Shown piece after piece: positions 57,773 to 64,000 of a stretch of 64,000 nucleotides of DNA. Under the pieces are notes generated by a model, which was not told where the DNA came from, ran no database searches, and worked only from the letters and a program-made list of their open reading frames with translations. Numbering within the stretch: the stretch's first letter is position 1; each line of letters starts with the position of its first letter. The translations under genes were made by a program, and so were the position numbers. Location: positions 88,391 to 152,390 of the forward strand of contig NW_003314305.1 of NCBI RefSeq assembly GCF_000143415.4. Reading direction: 5' to 3'. The stretch comes from Selaginella moellendorffii (lineage: Eukaryota; Plantae; Lycopodiophyta).

Positions 57773-60700
57773 ATGGCGATGCATGAGGAGGAGGAGGATG
57801 TGGGGCGCGCGCTGCTCAATCGCTTCCACAATTCTCCGGCGCCCGAGCACAAGCAGCTACTGGCGGTGGTAAGCGCGGTGATGGAGGTGCTGAAAGAGCA
57901 GGGCCTGCCGCTGATTCCCACGGCGTATTTCGCCGCGACCATGGCGCCGCTGGAGCAGCAATGCAATGCAGGCGCCGTGGATGGAGCCGATACCACGGCT
58001 TTCCTCACATTCCTGGCCACGCTCCTTCCCAAGCTTCCCGCCTCCGTGCTGCGATCGACGAGTGGAAAGGCTCTGGTTGTTTTGGACAAGGTGCTGGGCG
58101 ACGCAAAACTTCCGGCTGCCACTGCCAAGCCCGCGCTGTCGTGCATCGAGTGCATCCTTTGCGCCGCCGATCGATCGAGCTGGCCGGCTCTGGCCGGATC
58201 GTTCCAGTTGCTTCTCAAGTTTTGCGTGGATATGAGACCAAAGGTACGCTCGCTTCGTTTTCTTTTCTTTCTCCGGAGCTTGATCGCAGGCTTCTCTAGG
58301 TGCGAAGGCGCGCGCACTTGTGCGCTGCGCAAGTCTTGTCTAGCTTCCATGGCTCGGCGGCTCTCGACAAAGCTAGCGACTTAGTTGCCTCGTCGTTCGA
58401 AGAATGCGCGTCACCTTTCCTGGCCAAAGGCAAGAGCAACGAGGACGCTGCCGCTGGCGCTCTGAAGCTCTTACACATGATCGGGGCCATGCGGCTTCTT
58501 CTGCCAGCCATGTCTCCCAAGACCATTGCGAGAGTGCTTCCCAGCATCACACTTCTCATCACTTTGAAGCAGTCACTCGTCACCAGGAGCGTGCTCAATG
58601 TTCTTCTTTCTCTGGGAAGAAGATCCAGGACGGGCGTTTCATCGGCGGCATTGGTGGGCGTTATTCGTGCTGTTCTCTCCCTCGTCGCGGCTGATAACAG
58701 GGATGTGGACGAGGTCATGACGGCAGTTCATGTGATAGAGCAGGGGCTGTCTAACTTGTACGCCATCGATCCTAAGCTCTGCGCCGGCCAGCTTCCGGCG
58801 CCATTCGATGCCATCACAGGTATAGCTCCTTTTCTTTCTTTTTTCTCTTGGAGCTGAAAGTTTCTTTTACTGTATTCCAGATCTCTTTGCTTCGGAACAG
58901 GAAGAGGTTGTGTTTGGTGCAGCGGAGTGTCTCCGAGGCTTAGCAGATCGCTTCATAGATGGCGCAATGCTGAGACAGCTAGAAACCGATCCAGTTGCTA
59001 TTGAAAGTATCTGTTCGTCCGTTGAAAGGTCCTTGAGCTATGAATATTCCGGCGCCTGGGATAAAGCTTTGCTCGTAGTCTCGGCACTTTTCCAGAAAAT
59101 GGGTAACTTTCTCTCGCTTTTTAAAGCTGTAGCTCATTCGATTTTATTCCTTGTTTTTCCAGGTGAGGCCTCCTTTCGATTCATGAAAGGAATTGTTAAA
59201 GTTCTCGCCGAACTACAAAAACTTAGAGACGAGGACTTGCCTTGTCGAAAGCAGGCAAGTTTTACACGCTAGATTTCACGTTTGATACTCTTTTACAGCT
59301 ACACAATAGTTTTGGAGCAGCCGTTGTGGCTATGGGACCAGAACGTTTTTTGGAGCTCTTGCCATTGGACATGGATGCCACGCAGCTAGACAAAGCCCGC
59401 ATCTGGTTGATACCTATCTTGAAGCAACATCTTGTTGGAGCAAGGCTCAAATACTTCGCGACTACCATCGGTCCTTTGGCAGAAAGTCTTGCAGTCAAAG
59501 CACATGAGGTTGATATATATGTTTTCTTTTAGAATCGTACTAAACAGCGTTCTTTGCAGCTTGCTGGGGCGCCTGCAAAAAATGCAGAAGCATGCGCACA
59601 AGCTCTTTGGGCTCTTCTTCCATCCTTTTGCAATTATCCTGTGGACACCAAAGACAGCTTCCAGGTGATTGCAAAGCTTCTTGGGGAGTCAATGAGAAAG
59701 TATCCGGACCTTAGAGGAGTAATCTCTTCCAGCATCCAGGTGAAGCTTCTTACTTCCTGTGCACTACGCTTGACGTGTTTTTATCCTCAGACATTGATAA
59801 AGCAAAACAAATCTATCTGCGACGCTAATGACGGCATGGACGTGGATTTGGATGCAAAGGAAAAAGCATGTTATTCCAAGGACATTGCCTCGGCAAACTT
59901 GTCAGCCATTTCTGCGTTTTCGGATAAGTTTCTTCCACTTCTTTTCAATATATTTTGCGAGTCACCACCAGAAAAACGGGGAGAGTTACAGGTACTAGGA
60001 TGCATTATCTATTTTCTCTCTTTTTTTTTAACAAGTGAATTGCTAGGCTGCAATTGGTGCTTTTGCGTCTATATCAAGCAAAGCTACTGTTCAGAAGTTT
60101 TTCCGAACGGTCATGGAGAAGCTTTTGGAAGCCACCAAAGATACAAATGCGAAAGAGAGAAGGTAATTCGTTACATAACTACTGAAATCATCTATGGTCT
60201 AAAATTTTGGACAGGTGCATGTTTATGGATCTTGCTTTGTCACTAGTTGGTGGTTTGGATCATAAAGGCTTGAGCGCGCTTTTCGCAGTTGCAAAGCCTG
60301 CATTGCAGGTGGGAGTTTTGGGCACGCAAAACCTTTTATTTCTTCATTATCTAATTATCTCCCTTTAGGATCCAGACTCTGGTGTTCAGAAAAAAGGATA
60401 CAAAGTTCTTGCTGGTATTTTGAAGGTAAATTTTGTTTTCAAGTGCTCAGATTTATGTTTCGAACTTACAGGAACATACTGATTTTCTCTCTTCAAAAGA
60501 GCAAGAAATATTTGAAGCTATTGTGGAAGCTACATCTGCATGCCAGTCCTCTGCAAAACAATACAGGGTTGCTTGCTTGCAGTTGTTGATTCTACATCTC
60601 GTGCAGGTAGATGCATCTTCAATTAGTTTTCGTCGTTGATAATTTTGTTGCCATTTCAGCAGGGGGACGAGAATACGAACGACTACATAGCATTCCTTCT

Positions 60701-62441
60701 CAAAGAGTCTGTTCTTGCGTTGAAGGAGGTATTTAATCAGTCGTCAATCTGAAGCAGCATATTGGCCTTTTCTCTTACAGAATAACAAGAAAACAAGAGA
60801 CAGAGCTTATGAGCTTTTAATTGGAATTGGGAATGGCCTGTTGCAAGTTTCTGACGAGAAACTTGTCCAATTTTTTAGAAAGGTATTGACAGCTTGTTTA
60901 ACTCCATATATTTGATGTTTCTGGGCCCAGTTGGTGGGATGTTCCGCAGTAACAGGCTCAGCTGGAGAGCCGCATGTAATAAGTGCGGCTCTCAGTGCAA
61001 TTTCAAGGATGGTGTACGAGTTCCCATCGGAGCTGAAAGGCGAGATACACCGATATCTTCCGAGTGCATTTTATTTACTTCGCAACTACAAGAGTCGAGA
61101 AGTAATCAAGGTTAGTTTTAATTTTGTTTTTGTTGAAAAGAATAACTGGTGCTTTCTATTTTGCAGTCAGTTCTTGGCCTTTTAAAAGTAATCGTTGCTA
61201 TGATGTCTAAAGAGGAGCTTATGCCCCGTTTGAGTGAAATGGTGGAGGCTATGATGGTTTGGTCTGATGATCCGAAGAACAGATTTAAAGCAAAGGTCGT
61301 TCTTTTATTGGTGCACGCTCTTTATGCTTACCGAATGGAACAGGTCCGCGGGATACTGGAGAAGTTGTTAAAAAAATGTGGATTTGAGGCCGTTTCTGCT
61401 GTTATGCCCAAAGAGCATGCCAAGCACCTCGTCAACATTCGAAAGGTACTTGATTCAGTTTCTTGTCTAGCTAAATCGGATGAATCTGCAGAGGAAGGAC
61501 CACGAAGAGAAGAAAAAGAGATCAATTATTGATGGCGAGGATGACAAGAGATCGCACTTCACTCGTGCACCCACAACGTAGGAAGTAGAATGATGGTATA
61601 TCATTTTCACTTGTCACACTCGTTTTTTGCAGGCGCAGTAAGTGGAAGCACACGGACATCTTCTCTGACTCGGACGAGGACAACGATGGCGACGACGAGA
61701 GCGAAGGTGCGACGGCTTTCACAAGGTCCAAGGCTACTACTGCCAGGTAAGCTCCACCTCTCTTATTCCCTCATTTGCAAGCGTTACTGCTGGTAAAGCA
61801 GGTCAAAGAAGCTGCCAAAGCAAAAGAGGAGGCTCCCGGAAGACGAGCGAGGAAGGGACGAGCCTCTGGATCTTCTTGACGTTTCAAAGACGAGGGCGGC
61901 ACTGTCAACTCTAGGAAAGCCAAAGAAGAGCCAGGCAGAGAGCGACGAAGACATGGATTTTGATCCAGATGGCCGTTTGATAGTGGAAGAAAGGCAGCCG
62001 CAGCAGCAACAGCAAGGACGCGCCTCCAAGCGGCTGAGAGACGAGGAAGAGGAAGGAGAAGAAGAAGAGTTTGGCAGGAGCCAAAAAGGTGCTAAGAAAC
62101 GGGGCAAAGTGGCCGCCGAGAACCAAAAGAAGAGGAGCACTGGCTGGTCGTACAAGGGCGACGAGTACGTGAACAAGAAAGGCGCTGGAGGGGACGTCAA
62201 GAGGGACGGGAAGCTAGAGCCGTACGCGTACTGGCCCTTGGACGCTAAATTGCTTAACCGGCGCGGGGAGAAGAAGGCCGCGGCCCGCAAGGGAATGGAG
62301 AGCGTTTTCAAGGTGACCAAGAAGCTCGAGGGCCTGAGCGTGAACAAGGCACTGGGGGGGATCCAGAAGAAGCGGAAGAAGCAGCACAACAAAGCTCACA
62401 AGAGTGGAGCTAACAGCAAGTCCGCAAGGAGCAAACGATGA
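57773..62441 (+). CDS. RRP12: RRP12-like ribosome biogenesis protein (HEAT/NUC173), multi-exon
   Basis: PTAYFAATM, DMRPK|VRRRA, AMGPE.FL.LLPL, LWALLPSFCNYPVDT, VQKKGYK, SREVIK, GDVKRDGKLEPYAYWPLD. Confidence 0.93.
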
Positions 62442-62944
62442 AAAGGATATGCCGAGAGTCTCCCTGTACAGCTCAGTAATTTTGCTAGTAATTTGTTATT
62501 TTTACTACTAAGCTTTGATGACAGGACAAGTAGAGGAATGAAGAAAGCTAAAGCTCTTCAATGTTGGTTTGCTGGAAAGATAAATGTCATAACCATGTCC
62601 TGTTATGTCTTTCATTATCATGTGATTAATCAGTTATAGATGGGGAGCATGACAAATAATCTCACTATGATCTATCATATGCGCTTGTCACTCTTTTTGC
62701 AGCTCACAAACATCTTCTACGAGGACAAAAGAGTGATACGTAACTTCCAAATTAAAGCAAGGTGGCATCGTTTTCTCGACGCGCAGAGCTGTACAGTTAG
62801 CTTCTTTTTTGCTTTTCCCGCAAGAGAATCGAATGGATATGAAGAAACAAAGGGAACCATACCTTTGCCAAGTAGAAAAAAAAATCCAATATTCACTTCC
62901 AATATGCACGCTTGGAAAGTGTGGTGTATGCCCGCCCCGCAAGC

Positions 62945-64000
62945 TCAATGGTTGATGTTACACTGCTGCAGGTATGGGTGATCGTAGCTCACGTACCTCG
63001 TCCAGTACGACTTGTATCTCGAAAGCCCAATGTCCAGCCATGGCTTGAGATTGCCGTTGTAATGCACCACCGCGGCTGCATCCATGTCCGCTTTGTCGAT
63101 GCTTGGATTGTAGCCCAGTCCCAGGACGTGCCACGACTTGTCCAATGGATGCGTCAAGTTGTAGAAGGTGATGAGGCCAGGGGGTAGCGTTCCGAGCTTC
63201 CACAGCAGCCTGTCCTCGTTCTGGAAAGCAAAAGCAAAACCTCTTGTCAAGCACGAGGCAAAAGATAGATATCGATCCTAAAGCCATTACCATGTTCTGC
63301 CACTTGTGGTAGATCCCCGTTATGTCGCGCCGCTTCCACTCTTTGAGATCGAAGACGTTCATCCCGTACGCCCAGCCACACGCGTCCGGGTTGAAGTTCC
63401 TGGCGATGTGCGGGTTGGAGAAGTTCAAGTACTTGTCGAAGCGATGGAAGCTGGCGCCGCAGGTCTCGACAGCACCGTTCACTTTGCCTTGCAGGTCGAT
63501 GCTCCACAGGCCGGTGAGGTCCTTCTGGACAACGATGTCATCGTCCAGGAAGAGTATCTTGTCCAGCTTGGGATAGATTTGCGGCAAGTAGAAGCGCAGG
63601 TGGTTGAGCATGGAGAGGTACTTTGGATTCCTGTACTTGAGATTGGATGACCCCGAGGAAACGGACGTTGGATGATCGGGCTTGAAGTAGTAGTCCTTCA
63701 TGGCAGCGGATTCTAGCTGTCGAAGAACCGGGCAGTAGGATGAGTTGAGCCACTTGAAGTCGTCAATGTTTTGGACTTCAATGGTGGCCTTCCCAGGCGG
63801 ATTGGCGAGAAACCACATGCGCATGGCGCCGTAGTTAAGCCTGTCCGTGACAACGTGAATGACATGCTTATGCGGTTCCTGAAAAGCAGAAAATCGTTAA
63901 GTCGCTATATAGTACTGGAGTCATCGAACCTGTGCATGCCGTACTGTGGAGCTAACTACCACCGATGCCGCAAGAATGTTGTCGGAGAAAAGTGCGTAGT
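62945..64000 (-). CDS. GAUT1: galacturonosyltransferase (GT8), GAUT1-like, 3' part; continues beyond the window
   Basis: YALFSDNILAASVVV, LNSSYCPVLRQLESAAM, KYRNPKYLSMLNHLRFYLP, FLDDDIVVQKDL, LWKLGTLPPGL, HYNGNLKPW. Confidence 0.93.

Overview
Gene-dense, short-intron land-plant nuclear DNA with about 25 genes or pseudogenes, one tRNA-Thr(TGT) and several local duplications. A flagellar radial-spoke gene (RSPH9), root-hair genes (class II RSL bHLH, EXPA7-like expansin), long PLS-class PPR genes, 43-60 nt introns and tiny intergenic gaps point to a vascular plant with flagellated sperm, most likely the lycophyte Selaginella (inference). Ordinary genes: GMC oxidoreductase, aldo-keto reductase, AVT1-like transporters, RING-H2 E3, MBS1, NAD(P)HX dehydratase, alpha/beta-hydrolase, PLATZ, kiwellin, CDC40/PRP17, RRP12, GAUT1. 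Main points of interest: (1) an ~8 kb accessory block between tRNA-Thr and CDC40 with an intronless fungal-type E2 fusion gene, an orphan gene and a Crinkler(CR)-type NTPase+nuclease-fold gene; (2) an apparent new 54-nt intron made by tandem duplication of coding DNA, with an intron-free paralog in the window as control; (3) a ~5 kb microhomology-bounded tandem duplication carrying a strongly diverged AUX1/LAX homolog, lying between RSL and EXPA7-like genes; (4) repeated multiply-deleted 'ghost' copies next to their parent genes; (5) a pre-miRNA-like hairpin; (6) an orphan family sharing an N-terminal motif with a P-class PPR. All family calls come from motif recognition by eye; no database searches were run, and exon boundaries are manual predictions.
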